Below, one piece after another: positions 28,884-39,494 of a stretch of 64,000 nt of DNA. Where the stretch lies: positions 256,765 through 320,764 of the forward strand of contig JADGDO010000001.1 of NCBI GenBank assembly GCA_016744855.1, written 5' to 3'. This stretch comes from Candidatus Fermentibacteraceae bacterium (lineage in GTDB: Bacteria > Fermentibacterota > Fermentibacteria > Fermentibacterales > JCC-6). The translations under genes and the position numbers were made by a program. The notes beneath the pieces were generated by a model that made no database searches, was not told where the DNA came from, and was given only the letters and a program-made list of their open reading frames with translations. How positions within the stretch are numbered: the first letter of the stretch is position 1; every line of letters begins with the position of its first letter.

Positions 28884-31448
28884 TCATGAGTCAAGACGGT
28901 CTCTAAGCAGGTATATAAGTTCCAGTGCTTTACGAGGCGTTAAAGTATCGGGCTCCATCTTTCTGATGTCCTCCAGAACAGGATGCTCAGGATTAGCCAA
29001 TGGAAGTGTCATCTGGCCACTGGCGTCACGATTACTGGACGGCAAAAGATGCTTACCCGATTCGAGATCCCCCAGGACTTTTTTTGCTCGTTTTAGAACA
29101 GCTGACGGTACTCCGGCCATGGCGGCTACATGAATACCGTAAGACCGATCTGCTGCGCCCTCTTCGACCTTATACAAGAAAGCTATTCTTTTGCCTGCTT
29201 CACGAACAACTACATTTGCATTTGAGCACAAAGGCAGTCTCGACGCAAGCGACGTAAGCTCATGATAATGAGTTGCAAACAGAACCAATGGCCTGTGCTC
29301 CGAGTTGTCATGAAGGTACTCCAGCATCGCCCAGGCAATAGAGAGACCATCATAGGTACTTGTACCCCTGCCAACCTCATCGAGTATTGCTAGGCTATGC
29401 TGAGTACTACCATTGAGCATGGCAGCAGCTTCCGCCATTTCAACCAAAAATGTAGACTGCCCTCTTGAAAGACGATCTCCGGAACCTATTCGAGTATAAA
29501 TTCTATCAACTGGACTGAATTTCATAGCCTCGGCGGGAACGAATGATCCAGACTGTGCCAACAGCACAAGAAGAGCTGCTTGCCTGAGGTAGGTTGACTT
29601 TCCAGCCATATTGGGCCCAGTTACTAGAATAATCCGGTTACTGCTGTTCAATGTGGTGTCATTGGGAACACATTCCCCGCGTGGTAGCAGGCTTTCAAGT
29701 ACGGGGTGTCTTCCCTCTGTAATCTCTAAAACCGGGTCACTGGAAATCATCGGTTTTACCCATCCGTATTCAGCGGCGAGACCTGCCAGAGAGGAGAGAA
29801 CATCAAGTTCAGAAAGAGCACGTCCTACCTGTTTGATTCGGTTGACACCCTGAGCCACTTTGCACAGAAGAGCAGTGAAAATATCGTTTTCCAGAATTGC
29901 AATATTCTCATCTGCGTGAAGGATTTTTTCCTCCATTTCCTTCAACTCGGGAGTGATGAAACGTTCCCCTCCTACAAGCGTCTGTTTTCTGATAAAGTAT
30001 TCTGGAACAAGATGCTTAAATGAGTTTGAAACTGAAAGATAATAACCGAACACTCTATTGTACCCTATAGAAAGCTTTTGAATACCTGTGTTGGCTCGCT
30101 CGCGCTCCAATAAATCATTCATCCAGTTCCTGCCATCCGTTTTAACTACTCTGAGTTTGTCAAGCTCAGTGGAGCATCCATCTCTTATATATCCGCCATC
30201 AGTTAGTCTGGCAGGTGGATCATCCGATAGTGTTTTATCTATCTCATCCGCAATATCTGCAAGCGAGTCGATGGTGGATAGATTTTCCAGATGAGCTGAA
30301 AACGAATTTGAAAGAAGCTCTTTCAGGGATGGTATGAGTGTAGCTGTCTGCTGAATCGACCTCAAATCACGCGGTGATGCTCTGAGTGTACCGAGCTTGC
30401 CTCCCTGCCGTTCAAGGTCAGTAGAGTTCTTAAGAATTCCTGAAAGGTGGGAGTGGAGACCCGTAGCTATAAGATCTTCAACAACTTGATGTCTTCTGCT
30501 AATTATTGCTTTGTCCATTGGCGGGGAAACCAGCCACTGCCTCCAGAGTCTTCCACCACCGGATGTTCGAGTCCTGTCTGTTCTAGCGGCTAGAATTGCA
30601 TTTTCTTCACCGGGAGGAGAATCAACTATCCCAAGAGCTCTGGAACTTGATCTATCCATTACCAAATAGTCACTCTGTCGATAGACGCCTCTGAAATCAA
30701 GATGTGAAACATTTGATCTCTTGGTGTGTCCTATGTATGAAAGCAGAGCACCCATAGCAGAAAGAAGAACTGGACTGTCCGCAATGCCGAAACCTTCCGC
30801 AGAAGCTTTTCCGAAAGTATGAGTGACTTCGCGAAGACCGGACTCGGGATCAAATTTCCAACTGTCGAGCGTCGTGGTTTCGCATCCGGCAGGAACATTG
30901 ACGGAATCATCAGAGGATACAATAACTTCCCTGGGTGCTTTTCTTGCAAGCTCAAGCGATAGAAGAGATGCCTCAAGCTCTGAGGCTCTTATATCTCCTG
31001 TGGATAAATCACAAAATACAACTGCTGCACGGTCTTTAAGCACTGCAGCTGATGCCAGAAGAGCCTCGGATCTTTCATCAAGAGCTGAGCCGCTTACGAG
31101 AGTTCCCGGAGTAACAATCTCGACTACATCTCTCTTCACAAGCCCTTTTGCTTTTTTGGGATCTTCTGTCTGTTCACAGACGGCAACACGACATCCTGCT
31201 TTAATCAGTTTTGTTAGATAACCATCGAGTGCATGGTACGGGAAACCAGCTAGAGGAATCCCCTCTCCGGTCTCTTTATTCCTCTGTCTCGCAGTAAGAG
31301 TAATCCCGAGAATCGAAGAAACCTTTTTAGCATCATCCATAAAAGTTTCATAAAAGTCACCCATACGGAAAAGAAGAACTGCATCTTTATAGTCTTCTTT
31401 CATCGCAAGGTACTGCTTCATCATAGGGCTGTTCATTGAAGTAGACAC
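28884..31448 (-). CDS. mutS: DNA mismatch repair protein MutS
   Basis: SPMMKQY, FRMGDFYETF, TGPNMAGKSTYLRQ, STFLVEM, DEVGRGTSTYDG, FATHYHEL, SYGIHVA. Confidence 0.98.
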   Translation of the reverse strand: MSTSMNSPMMKQYLAMKEDYKDAVLLFRMGDFYETFMDDAKKVSSILGITLTARQRNKETGEGIPLAGFPYHALDGYLTKLIKAGCRVAVCEQTEDPKKAKGLVKRDVVEIVTPGTLVSGSALDERSEALLASAAVLKDRAAVVFCDLSTGDIRASELEASLLSLELARKAPREVIVSSDDSVNVPAGCETTTLDSWKFDPESGLREVTHTFGKASAEGFGIADSPVLLSAMGALLSYIGHTKRSNVSHLDFRGVYRQSDYLVMDRSSSRALGIVDSPPGEENAILAARTDRTRTSGGGRLWRQWLVSPPMDKAIISRRHQVVEDLIATGLHSHLSGILKNSTDLERQGGKLGTLRASPRDLRSIQQTATLIPSLKELLSNSFSAHLENLSTIDSLADIADEIDKTLSDDPPARLTDGGYIRDGCSTELDKLRVVKTDGRNWMNDLLERERANTGIQKLSIGYNRVFGYYLSVSNSFKHLVPEYFIRKQTLVGGERFITPELKEMEEKILHADENIAILENDIFTALLCKVAQGVNRIKQVGRALSELDVLSSLAGLAAEYGWVKPMISSDPVLEITEGRHPVLESLLPRGECVPNDTTLNSSNRIILVTGPNMAGKSTYLRQAALLVLLAQSGSFVPAEAMKFSPVDRIYTRIGSGDRLSRGQSTFLVEMAEAAAMLNGSTQHSLAILDEVGRGTSTYDGLSIAWAMLEYLHDNSEHRPLVLFATHYHELTSLASRLPLCSNANVVVREAGKRIAFLYKVEEGAADRSYGIHVAAMAGVPSAVLKRAKKVLGDLESGKHLLPSSNRDASGQMTLPLANPEHPVLEDIRKMEPDTLTPRKALELIYLLRDRLDS

Positions 31449-32356
31449 AAAGCCGCCTCAAACAATTCTCTTGGAACAAGCATTTTCCTACACTGTTCAT
31501 CCCCTGCAGAACACTTTTTGCCACCATGCCTGTGGCATGGTCTGCAAGGTATGGGATTTACCATGAAAGACCCTTTGAAATCCGGAGACCAGAAACCAAG
31601 AGCAGGCGATGTTGAAGTGAAAACAACCTGAACGGGAACACCAAGAGCCATTGCGATGTGGGCAGGGCCAGAGTCGGGCGAAACAAGAAGATCAAGATTC
31701 TCAATTCTATTTATCAGCTCTGATATTCCACCCTCTCCCGCAACAGTTGCAACATCACGATAGCCAGTCTGTTCAACTATGTATTCTGAAAGTGGTAGAT
31801 CATTTGAATCTCCCAAGATGAGTACGCGCGCTCCTTTTACATCACAAAAAAGCCTTGCAAGTTCAGTTACAACTCCGGGTGGGATAGTCTTCATCGGCCA
31901 TCCACCACCTGCCACGATACCTACTGTAAAGTTGTCACCGGAAGGTTTAGAAAGTCTTTCCAGGACAGGATCAGGATTTCCTTTTCCTCCCCATGCATGT
32001 AAATATTCTTCGGCGCGCCAGGGAAGAGTTGTATCAGCTCCAAGCAGTACTTTTCTTCTCTTTCTGCGACTGAATCGGAACCTGTTTACTCGTCTGCCTG
32101 TGAGTGCAAGCCGGGTAGTCGTGTTGTTCTGAAGATCAACAATTGTTGAAAATCCCGCTGAAATCTGTCGCAATTCCCTCCAGCCACCGGTTAGTGACAT
32201 TGACTTAATATCACCGGGAATTCTTTTGATTACGGGTTCGTATACAGGCCTGGATAGAAAAGTAACGGGGTTTTCCTGAGACATCGAATGGGCGGTTCCA
32301 GAGGCAAGAACAACATCTCCAAGAGAGTGAAGCCTAATAATAAGATTTTGCTTCAT
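31433..32356 (-). CDS. Glycosyltransferase family 9 (LPS heptosyltransferase-like)
   Basis: IRLHSLGDVVL, DLQ, DSGPAHIAMALG.P, C.PC...C...C; adjacent to msbA. Confidence 0.88.
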   Translation of the reverse strand: MKQNLIIRLHSLGDVVLASGTAHSMSQENPVTFLSRPVYEPVIKRIPGDIKSMSLTGGWRELRQISAGFSTIVDLQNNTTTRLALTGRRVNRFRFSRRKRRKVLLGADTTLPWRAEEYLHAWGGKGNPDPVLERLSKPSGDNFTVGIVAGGGWPMKTIPPGVVTELARLFCDVKGARVLILGDSNDLPLSEYIVEQTGYRDVATVAGEGGISELINRIENLDLLVSPDSGPAHIAMALGVPVQVVFTSTSPALGFWSPDFKGSFMVNPIPCRPCHRHGGKKCSAGDEQCRKMLVPRELFEAALCLLQ

Positions 32357-34246
32357 CTAAAATTGCATTTTCCAGAGGGCGTAGTACTTACCCTCAAGCG
32401 CAAGGAGTGTTTCGTGAGTTCCCTCCTCCAGTATCATTCCATCCTCGACATAGAGCACTCTGGAAGCCTTTTTGATGGTACTGAGCCTGTGGGCTATAAC
32501 TAGTGAGGTTCTGCCCTCAACGAGAACATCGATAGCCTGTTGAACAAGTTTCTCACTCTTTGTGTCGAGAGCACTTGTAGCCTCGTCAAAAATGAGAATT
32601 GGAGGGTTCTTGAGAACAGCTCTGGCAATAGCCAAGCGCTGCCTCTGTCCTCCCGAGAGGGTAACTCCTCGTTCGCCTATAACGGTTTCAAAACCATTCG
32701 GCATGTCATTTATAAATTCAATAGCGTTGGCTACTCTTGCGGCTTTTTTTACCTCTTCCAGAGAGATATCTTGGGCTCCGTAGGCAATGTTATTCATGAC
32801 TGTGTCGTTGAAGAGAACTGTTTCCTGCGTTACTACGCCCAGCTGGCTTCTGAGACCGGTGATTGAAAGATTTCTAAGATCCTCATCGTCAAAGAGGATG
32901 CGCCCTTTGTCCGGGTCATAGAATCTCGGAATCATATCAGCGAGGGTACTCTTTCCACCACCGCTCGGTCCAACTAAGGCAATTATCTCACCGGTACGGA
33001 TTTCCAGGCTAACATTCTTCAATACAGGTTTGCTCGGGTCATAACCGAAAGAAACATTCTCGAATCGAATGGATTTAGCCAGAGGTGCTGGAACAACTGG
33101 TGAAGTGGATTCAACAATTGCAGGGGGGGTATCAATTATTCCGAATACCCTCTCCCCCGCAGCAAGACCTGCCTGAATTGACGCATATGTTTTACTGATT
33201 CCTTTTGCCGGGTCCATCATGCTGAGTGCTGCTGCAAGAAATACAACGAATTTCCCGGAAGACATACCGGTACCATCAATAACTGCATTTCCTCCGTACC
33301 ACAATATCACACCGGCGGCCACAGCACCCAGGAATTCGGTAACTGGACCAGAAAGTGCTTTCATTCTGCGCAGGGAAATTTCATACTTCCTATGTGCATT
33401 CACACTCTTTAAGAATCTCTTTTCCTCAAAATTCTCCATTGCAAAGGCCTTAACCACTCTAACTCCAGTAATAGTTTCAGTCAGAAAACTGGCAAAATCT
33501 GCCATTTTTTCCTGTGAACGGTGACTTTTCCTTCTGAGGCTTTTTCCAAGTAAAAGAATCAGAGCCATGCTCGGTGGAAGCACGGCAATAGTAACAAGGG
33601 TAAGCTTCCAGGATACCCACAGGGTTATACCAAAGTAGATTAAAAGAAGAAAAAGCTGCCTGATAAGGGTAATAAGAGACTGAGTAACAGTTCTTTTTAT
33701 CCTTACGACATCTGCAGTCAAACGGGTAGTTAACTCACCCGATCGGCTTCTAGCAAAATATCCTAGATCAAGCCTTAGCATATGGGCATAAACTTTCACT
33801 CTTAGGTCGCGTAACATTCCTTCCTCTACCGCTGCAATGAAAAATGTTTGAAGGAAAAAAGCAAGGTTCTTTATAAGAATAAGAGTGATGATTATTACAA
33901 TTACTGCAAGAAGAGCTTGGGAGGGTGCTGAAATGTGTATGCCTTCAAGAAATGCACCGGGTACTGCTCGCGCTTTTTCCATGAGCAAAGAGGTGTCACC
34001 ACTGAGAAATGCGGTTTTCAATTCCGCAAGACTTGGATATAAAGTTTGGGACATCGCAGTTTGAATATCCATAGATGAATCTGGAGATCCACCTGCTCCA
34101 AGCACATCATCAAATATCGGAAGCAGCATAGCAAGGGTTGCTCCGCTGGAGGCGGCAAAAATTAATGCGAACAGAAGCGCAAGTGTAACCCGACCTCTAT
34201 AGGGGCTAGCCATGGCAAGTATCCTAAGAAATATGTTATTCTTCAT
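32357..34246 (-). CDS. msbA: Lipid A/LPS export ABC transporter (MsbA-like, fused TMD-NBD)
   Basis: TMD plus GPSGGGKST, LSGGQRQR, IFDEATSALD, IAHRLST; next to the GT9 gene. Confidence 0.8.
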   Translation of the reverse strand: MKNNIFLRILAMASPYRGRVTLALLFALIFAASSGATLAMLLPIFDDVLGAGGSPDSSMDIQTAMSQTLYPSLAELKTAFLSGDTSLLMEKARAVPGAFLEGIHISAPSQALLAVIVIIITLILIKNLAFFLQTFFIAAVEEGMLRDLRVKVYAHMLRLDLGYFARSRSGELTTRLTADVVRIKRTVTQSLITLIRQLFLLLIYFGITLWVSWKLTLVTIAVLPPSMALILLLGKSLRRKSHRSQEKMADFASFLTETITGVRVVKAFAMENFEEKRFLKSVNAHRKYEISLRRMKALSGPVTEFLGAVAAGVILWYGGNAVIDGTGMSSGKFVVFLAAALSMMDPAKGISKTYASIQAGLAAGERVFGIIDTPPAIVESTSPVVPAPLAKSIRFENVSFGYDPSKPVLKNVSLEIRTGEIIALVGPSGGGKSTLADMIPRFYDPDKGRILFDDEDLRNLSITGLRSQLGVVTQETVLFNDTVMNNIAYGAQDISLEEVKKAARVANAIEFINDMPNGFETVIGERGVTLSGGQRQRLAIARAVLKNPPILIFDEATSALDTKSEKLVQQAIDVLVEGRTSLVIAHRLSTIKKASRVLYVEDGMILEEGTHETLLALEGKYYALWKMQF

Positions 34247-34357
34247 AGTGCCTATTCTGCTGAATGAAGTGGCTCTAGGTCAAGCTTGTCGTTCGCTGGA
34301 ACAAATTCTGCATCCGTGGGTAGATATCGTTAGATTATGATTAACCACGGAGGAAGC

Positions 34358-34951
34358 ATGTTAAGGACAAATGTCGTGACGAACAAAATCAAGAAGGACC
34401 CCAGGTCAGATTCGCAGTTGATGATTGATCTGTGCAACGGAGATGAAAATGCTTTCAGTCATGTAGTTAAGAGGTTCCAGCGCCCACTTTTCTCCCATCT
34501 GATCCGTATGCTGGGTAATGAGGAAGATGCCGAGGAACAGCTTCAAATGACATTCTGCCGGGTTTATAAATACAGAAATAACTACGACCCTGAACGTCCC
34601 CTTATAACTTGGGTTTACACCATCGCAAGCAACTTGGCCAAGAAAGAATGGAGACGACGTTCACGGTGGTCTATGGTCTCTCTTGAAAAAGTGGTACTCA
34701 AAGGTTCTCACAAGATGACTCCTCATTACCGCGAGGGGCGACGAGAACTCGGTGCAAGCATAGAAGAGGCAATCAATGAGCTTCCAGAGCACTACAGAGA
34801 GCCTTTCATGCTCCGCGAAAAACAGGGTTTTTCTTACGAGGAGATTGCAGAGATCATGGGAATCAAGATAGGAACTGTTAAATCCAGAATAAACAGAGCG
34901 CGTGCCGGTCTTCGAGACTCCCTTGAAGATGTATGGGAGATGTGGAAATGA
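34358..34951 (+). CDS. ECF RNA polymerase sigma factor
   Basis: Region 2 (EDAEE..Q.TF, TWVYTIA.N) and region 4 (SYEEIAEIMGIKIGTVKSRINRAR). SD GGAGG before ATG 34358. Confidence 0.93.
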   Translation: MLRTNVVTNKIKKDPRSDSQLMIDLCNGDENAFSHVVKRFQRPLFSHLIRMLGNEEDAEEQLQMTFCRVYKYRNNYDPERPLITWVYTIASNLAKKEWRRRSRWSMVSLEKVVLKGSHKMTPHYREGRRELGASIEEAINELPEHYREPFMLREKQGFSYEEIAEIMGIKIGTVKSRINRARAGLRDSLEDVWEMWK

Positions 34952-35403
34952 AATGTAATGAAGCACTGCTTTTAATGGATTCTGTTCTTGATGGAGAGGC
35001 TACCGCCGAGGAAGAACAGCTTTTACGATTCCATGTGAACGGATGCCTTGAGTGCCGTAAGACTCTTCTTCTGAACAGATCAATCAGTGAAAAAATTACA
35101 GAGCTCGAGGAACCCGAAGTTCCCTCTGACCTGCTAGACAAGATTCAACTCAGACTTTCTTCGGAAAACTATGATCATTCTCCTGTTGTTACTAAAAAAA
35201 GTTTCAGATTCCCAACTTGGAGAATAGCGGCAGTTATACCGTTCGCAGCTGCTCTTGTATTCCTTTTGCAGAATTTTGCAGGAGATAATTCAAACAGCTA
35301 TGGAAACACCGTGAACACAGCCTCCGCCCGAGAAACAGATACGCAATATGCACCAACACCGGTTGTAGCCTATTCAAGACCCTCTTCAGTCTCAACCTTT
35401 TAA
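34948..35403 (+). CDS. Zinc-binding (ZAS) anti-sigma factor with one TM helix
   Basis: MKC...LDGE...HVNGCLEC (HxxxCxxC); TM helix near residues 90-110; overlaps the sigma stop. Confidence 0.88.
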   Translation: MKCNEALLLMDSVLDGEATAEEEQLLRFHVNGCLECRKTLLLNRSISEKITELEEPEVPSDLLDKIQLRLSSENYDHSPVVTKKSFRFPTWRIAAVIPFAAALVFLLQNFAGDNSNSYGNTVNTASARETDTQYAPTPVVAYSRPSSVSTF

Positions 35404-35409
35404 AAGCCC

Positions 35410-36264
35410 ATGATAACAATTATTCTAGCAGCTATTGTTTCCTCAGGACTTTTCCCCTCTCTGATGAATTCACCTGCCATCTCAGTAGGAAGAATCTCCA
35501 GCGAGGGTGATTTTGTGGAGGTATGCAGCGGCGCTGCTTTATCTCCCAGCCATGCTGTTACTCTTTTTGCGTTTACAGAAGGCTCAGATATTTTTGTTAT
35601 TGATGAAGGTTCCCGGCTTTATCCCGATTCGGTAATACACTTCAGGGATATGGGGCTTTCAATGCTTCTTTTTTACGAGAATGTCTTCACCTCATATGAA
35701 CAACCGAGAAATACCTCTCCGGCAAATGGAGCTGCGCTTATGGTTGTTGCGGACCATCCGACTGGTCTCTCAGTTATTCGTACCTTTCCAATGGAACAGC
35801 TCTCGGATGGTGCTCTCCTCCTTGCATCTCCACCAGAATCAGAGTTTATGGGTGCACCTGTTTTTGATGCCTATGACAGACTGACAGGAATAATAACAGG
35901 CTCATTCGACCCAGGTGACGGCAGAGGTGAGCTTATGGCTCTACTCCCCTGCAACCTTTGGTATTTCTGGGCAGGAACACTTTTAGCTGATGCTGGTCTA
36001 GATACACCAGCATTTGGAGTAACTGCAATGCCAGCGACTTCAGGTCTTTCAGCCGTTCAGGGAATCCTTCTTCTTGATGTTGAAGTAAACTCACTTGCCC
36101 ACATCTGCGGCCTCGAAGAGGGAGATATCATCATGGAAATTAATGGAGAAAGAGTTTATCATCCAGAAGCTCTAAAGGCGATGATTCAGAATTCTTCAGA
36201 AGAACTTGAACTGACTGTTCAACGAGACTCGGATACAACTGAAGTGATTATTCCCTCACTCTGA
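35410..36264 (+). CDS. HtrA/DegP-like trypsin-fold + PDZ protein, catalytic residues apparently lost
   Basis: Signal peptide; CSGAAL; GAPVFD..RLTGI; PDZ (FGV...SLAH.CGL.EGDII.EING). Expected TNxHV reads TLFAF and expected GNSGGP reads EFMGAP. Confidence 0.7.
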   Translation: MITIILAAIVSSGLFPSLMNSPAISVGRISSEGDFVEVCSGAALSPSHAVTLFAFTEGSDIFVIDEGSRLYPDSVIHFRDMGLSMLLFYENVFTSYEQPRNTSPANGAALMVVADHPTGLSVIRTFPMEQLSDGALLLASPPESEFMGAPVFDAYDRLTGIITGSFDPGDGRGELMALLPCNLWYFWAGTLLADAGLDTPAFGVTAMPATSGLSAVQGILLLDVEVNSLAHICGLEEGDIIMEINGERVYHPEALKAMIQNSSEELELTVQRDSDTTEVIIPSL

Positions 36265-37215
36265 TTACTTTATGAGAAGAGATACCTTGTCTTCCCAAGC
36301 AACCAGTGCAACTTCACAATCTTCAGAGAGAATTACAGTCGAATGACTTCCGAACTCGGTTGACCTCCAGCCAATTTCTCCGTTCGCAAGACATACCTGG
36401 ATTCCATGTGAAGGGCATACAGCGTAGATACATGAGAGTGCACTGTCCGCAGCGGCTGAAATCGGAGTCTCTGGAAAGGTGTACATGGATTGAATGACAA
36501 GATCCTCTGGTGAACTCACCGCAACCTCATTCCAGGCGTCAGTTGAGAATACGAGATATTCATTCCCGGCTCTGTTCATGAAAAGCAGATTTCCATTTAC
36601 GTCTTCTATAGCAATCCTAGAAAATGAAGGAACAGAAACCGATAGCATTTTACCGTCGGAATACCCAAGAACCAGCAACTCGCGGAACCCCTGCATACAC
36701 GTTATGTCACCTACTTCCGGGGTGAAGGTTCCAAGAGGCGATAAATCCGCTGCACTGTAGAGTGAGATCGAACCATCATCAAGAAGAACAACAGGATTAT
36801 TCCCGCAAATAGTCAAGGCTTCTGCTGTTCCCGAAAGCTCAGTGGAATTTGTAATGGAAAAACCCTCTATCGAGATTAGCTTGTTGGAGGAGGTTAGAAA
36901 TATCCCAGTATCCGAGCCGGTTACAAGAGAGGTAATCTCACCGCCTGCTGAAGTTTTACCGTGAATTCTTCCATGTCTCAATTCCATGTGGTACAGAGTG
37001 TCACCGGAAGCTATCAGCCCATAGTTACCGTCGGTGGAAAAAACCGGAGAAATTTTAACGAAAGCAGGGAACGACGCTTCTCCCGCTTTGTAGGTTGGGA
37101 AAGTGACTGCTTCCTCCGCTCCCACAATGCACGAAGCAAGTGGGAGAAGAGAAAGAATCAGATAAAATGCGTATTTAGCGGACAACAGCAATTTTCCGTG
37201 TAATTGTTGAATCAT
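36265..37215 (-). CDS. Exported beta-propeller-like protein (possible lipoprotein); start uncertain
   Basis: Hydrophobic segment ending LASC; short beta-rich repeats. The annotated start overlaps the upstream gene by 41 nt. Confidence 0.55.
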   Translation of the reverse strand: MIQQLHGKLLLSAKYAFYLILSLLPLASCIVGAEEAVTFPTYKAGEASFPAFVKISPVFSTDGNYGLIASGDTLYHMELRHGRIHGKTSAGGEITSLVTGSDTGIFLTSSNKLISIEGFSITNSTELSGTAEALTICGNNPVVLLDDGSISLYSAADLSPLGTFTPEVGDITCMQGFRELLVLGYSDGKMLSVSVPSFSRIAIEDVNGNLLFMNRAGNEYLVFSTDAWNEVAVSSPEDLVIQSMYTFPETPISAAADSALSCIYAVCPSHGIQVCLANGEIGWRSTEFGSHSTVILSEDCEVALVAWEDKVSLLIK

Positions 37216-39403
37216 CTGTCTGCATCATCACGAAGTAAACTCCAGGAGTGAGTTGTGAAGAATCAAATGTTCTGGAAGAATTGCCAGCTGCCATGGTACC
37301 GTTCTGAACAACAGAAACTACTCTTCCTGCAAGATCAAGTATGCTGATGTTAACATTGCCGGCTCCCGGAGCTGTGAATGCAATGCTAGCCATTCCGCTT
37401 ACAGGACTGGGGCTTATAGGGAAAAGCTCTGCTGAGAAAGACTGTCCGCCCTCTATGCCTGTTGCAACCACATCAATGGTACCAGTAAGAGAAGCGTAGT
37501 TGTGAAGTCTTATTCCATAATAGAGATCTTTGCCCTCAAGGGAAGTGAAGTCCAACTGTACTTGTCCCGAAGCATCTGTGATCTGCTGGGCGTAAAACGA
37601 TTCGGTGAGGGTAGGATGATTACCGACACCATCTGTTACAGTCACAACAGCACCTTCAAGTGGTGAACCGCCGGATGTTACGGTAAGATTCAGTGAATTG
37701 GCACCGAAATTAACATACGAGGGTACATCGATCTCCATACCAAAAGGTGCTCCGCTTACATCGCTTGTTGGGATATCCATGGATGGATCACCAAACCAGT
37801 GATACATCCGGGCATTATTCAATCCTGATCCTCCCTGGGTCTGTATGATGTCGGTCTGACTCGCTGCGAACATTTCACCAGCACAGGTATTTCCTTCATC
37901 AAAAATTTCCCAGAAAAGGACTCTCTGCATTCTATGGTTGGCAGTGGTACCCGATGGAGCGCTTGCACCAAGAGTACCGCTTGAACCGATTCCCTGGCCA
38001 TCCAACCATGATTCTGAAAGGCAATTGTATGTTAAATCATGCTCACCATTGTTACAGCAGACATTGAAAACAGGGGGAAAAAAGGTATTCTCAAGCCCAT
38101 ATATATCTCCAGCATTCCAGCTGCCTAACCATTGCCAGGTAGTAGTAGATCCGTGACCTCTGTAGTTTACTATTCCAACACCCGCATCAATTGCAGCTGC
38201 AACCTGTTCCGGATACCCTGTTCCACCCTCGCCTGCATAAGCAGTTTCAAACACAATATCTGCGAGATCATAGTCCCATGTGCGTACAGCTTCACTATTC
38301 GCTGTATACTTGCCGGGGTACTCTTCCTGATGAGCAGCAAGAATAACACTGGCCGGAAGTGAAGGCTCTCCTGGAACTCCTTCGTAAGTTATGTAAGACA
38401 TTGTTTTAGCAGTTTGATTCTCAAGCTGGGTGCTATTGCCTGGATATCTTCCAACAGCAATATCAGGATAGTTGTCCGGGGACATAAGCTCGTAATAAAA
38501 ATCTCCAACAAATGTACCATAATTTTTGGATTCAAGCTGCTGATGGCGAGCTGGAATCAATGCAAATCTGGTTACACCTTCCTGATAAGTAGCTTTAATA
38601 AGAGAGGCAATCTGGTAGCTGTTCAGGCTCTCTTCAGCCTCTATGATGTTAACATGGTGTCCGAGAGAATTTACCATAGTAAGAAGAGGTGTTATTGTCT
38701 CTAGATTCTCCGGTGGGACAACGCAAATGTATACAATATCGTCCTCTGATACTGGGGAAGAATCAACAGCTATATTTAAAGCATCATAGTTAACTATCCG
38801 TGAGTGGTGCATGTTTGCAATTTCGGGTCGCACAGAAGTTTGATAAGCTCCGGAACCTGTGAAGTCCACTCTTGCTGTTATGGAAGATGCTACCTGGAAT
38901 TCACCGGTATCTGCATTCCATGTAAAGGGATTCATCTGAAGAACAACAGTATTTACCCCTGCCCAAACACCGGGGTTAAAAAGATTTACTGTTTGAGATG
39001 GATAGACGCCCTCAAGATTAGAAGAGAGTTCCGTAAAAAATAGAGGGGACTCATTGCAATCCATAAGAACGGGTTGAACGGGATAAGGTATTCCGTAACC
39101 GGCTCCCTGCCAATCTGCGGCAATAAGTGTTACGGAAGCTTCCATGCCTGCAGGAACACCTAAAACAACAGGAATAAGAGGTAGCTGCGGGTTACCCACA
39201 GGTGCATCCATATCCCAGTCAAATTCAGTAACATCAAAACGGGTGTATTCTGAAAATTCCTCAAGGGTATACCCGGAAAGATCCAGTTGGATAACTACAT
39301 GAGATTCGTCCTCAGAAAGTACTACTACTTCAGATGCTGAAGAATAATCTCCACCGAGAGAAACCCAGGAACCAAGGACTGACAGAACAAGAAAAATCAT
39401 CAT
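37175..39403 (-). CDS. C25 (gingipain-family) cysteine peptidase with propeptide and T9SS-type C-terminal domain
   Basis: Signal peptide; propeptide (G.PQLP...P); PDIAVGR; catalytic NYRGHG and NVCC..G; FGDPSM; CTD (PSPV...ILDLAGR.V...GVYFV...RKIAVVR). Confidence 0.9.
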   Translation of the reverse strand: MMIFLVLSVLGSWVSLGGDYSSASEVVVLSEDESHVVIQLDLSGYTLEEFSEYTRFDVTEFDWDMDAPVGNPQLPLIPVVLGVPAGMEASVTLIAADWQGAGYGIPYPVQPVLMDCNESPLFFTELSSNLEGVYPSQTVNLFNPGVWAGVNTVVLQMNPFTWNADTGEFQVASSITARVDFTGSGAYQTSVRPEIANMHHSRIVNYDALNIAVDSSPVSEDDIVYICVVPPENLETITPLLTMVNSLGHHVNIIEAEESLNSYQIASLIKATYQEGVTRFALIPARHQQLESKNYGTFVGDFYYELMSPDNYPDIAVGRYPGNSTQLENQTAKTMSYITYEGVPGEPSLPASVILAAHQEEYPGKYTANSEAVRTWDYDLADIVFETAYAGEGGTGYPEQVAAAIDAGVGIVNYRGHGSTTTWQWLGSWNAGDIYGLENTFFPPVFNVCCNNGEHDLTYNCLSESWLDGQGIGSSGTLGASAPSGTTANHRMQRVLFWEIFDEGNTCAGEMFAASQTDIIQTQGGSGLNNARMYHWFGDPSMDIPTSDVSGAPFGMEIDVPSYVNFGANSLNLTVTSGGSPLEGAVVTVTDGVGNHPTLTESFYAQQITDASGQVQLDFTSLEGKDLYYGIRLHNYASLTGTIDVVATGIEGGQSFSAELFPISPSPVSGMASIAFTAPGAGNVNISILDLAGRVVSVVQNGTMAAGNSSRTFDSSQLTPGVYFVMMQTDDSTITRKIAVVR

Positions 39404-39494
39404 CTGAACAACCTCCTGAAATGAATTTTGAGTTAATCATGCAGTAACATAACAACTAAAGAATAGATGTGTTCCCTTATGATATGATTACGGT

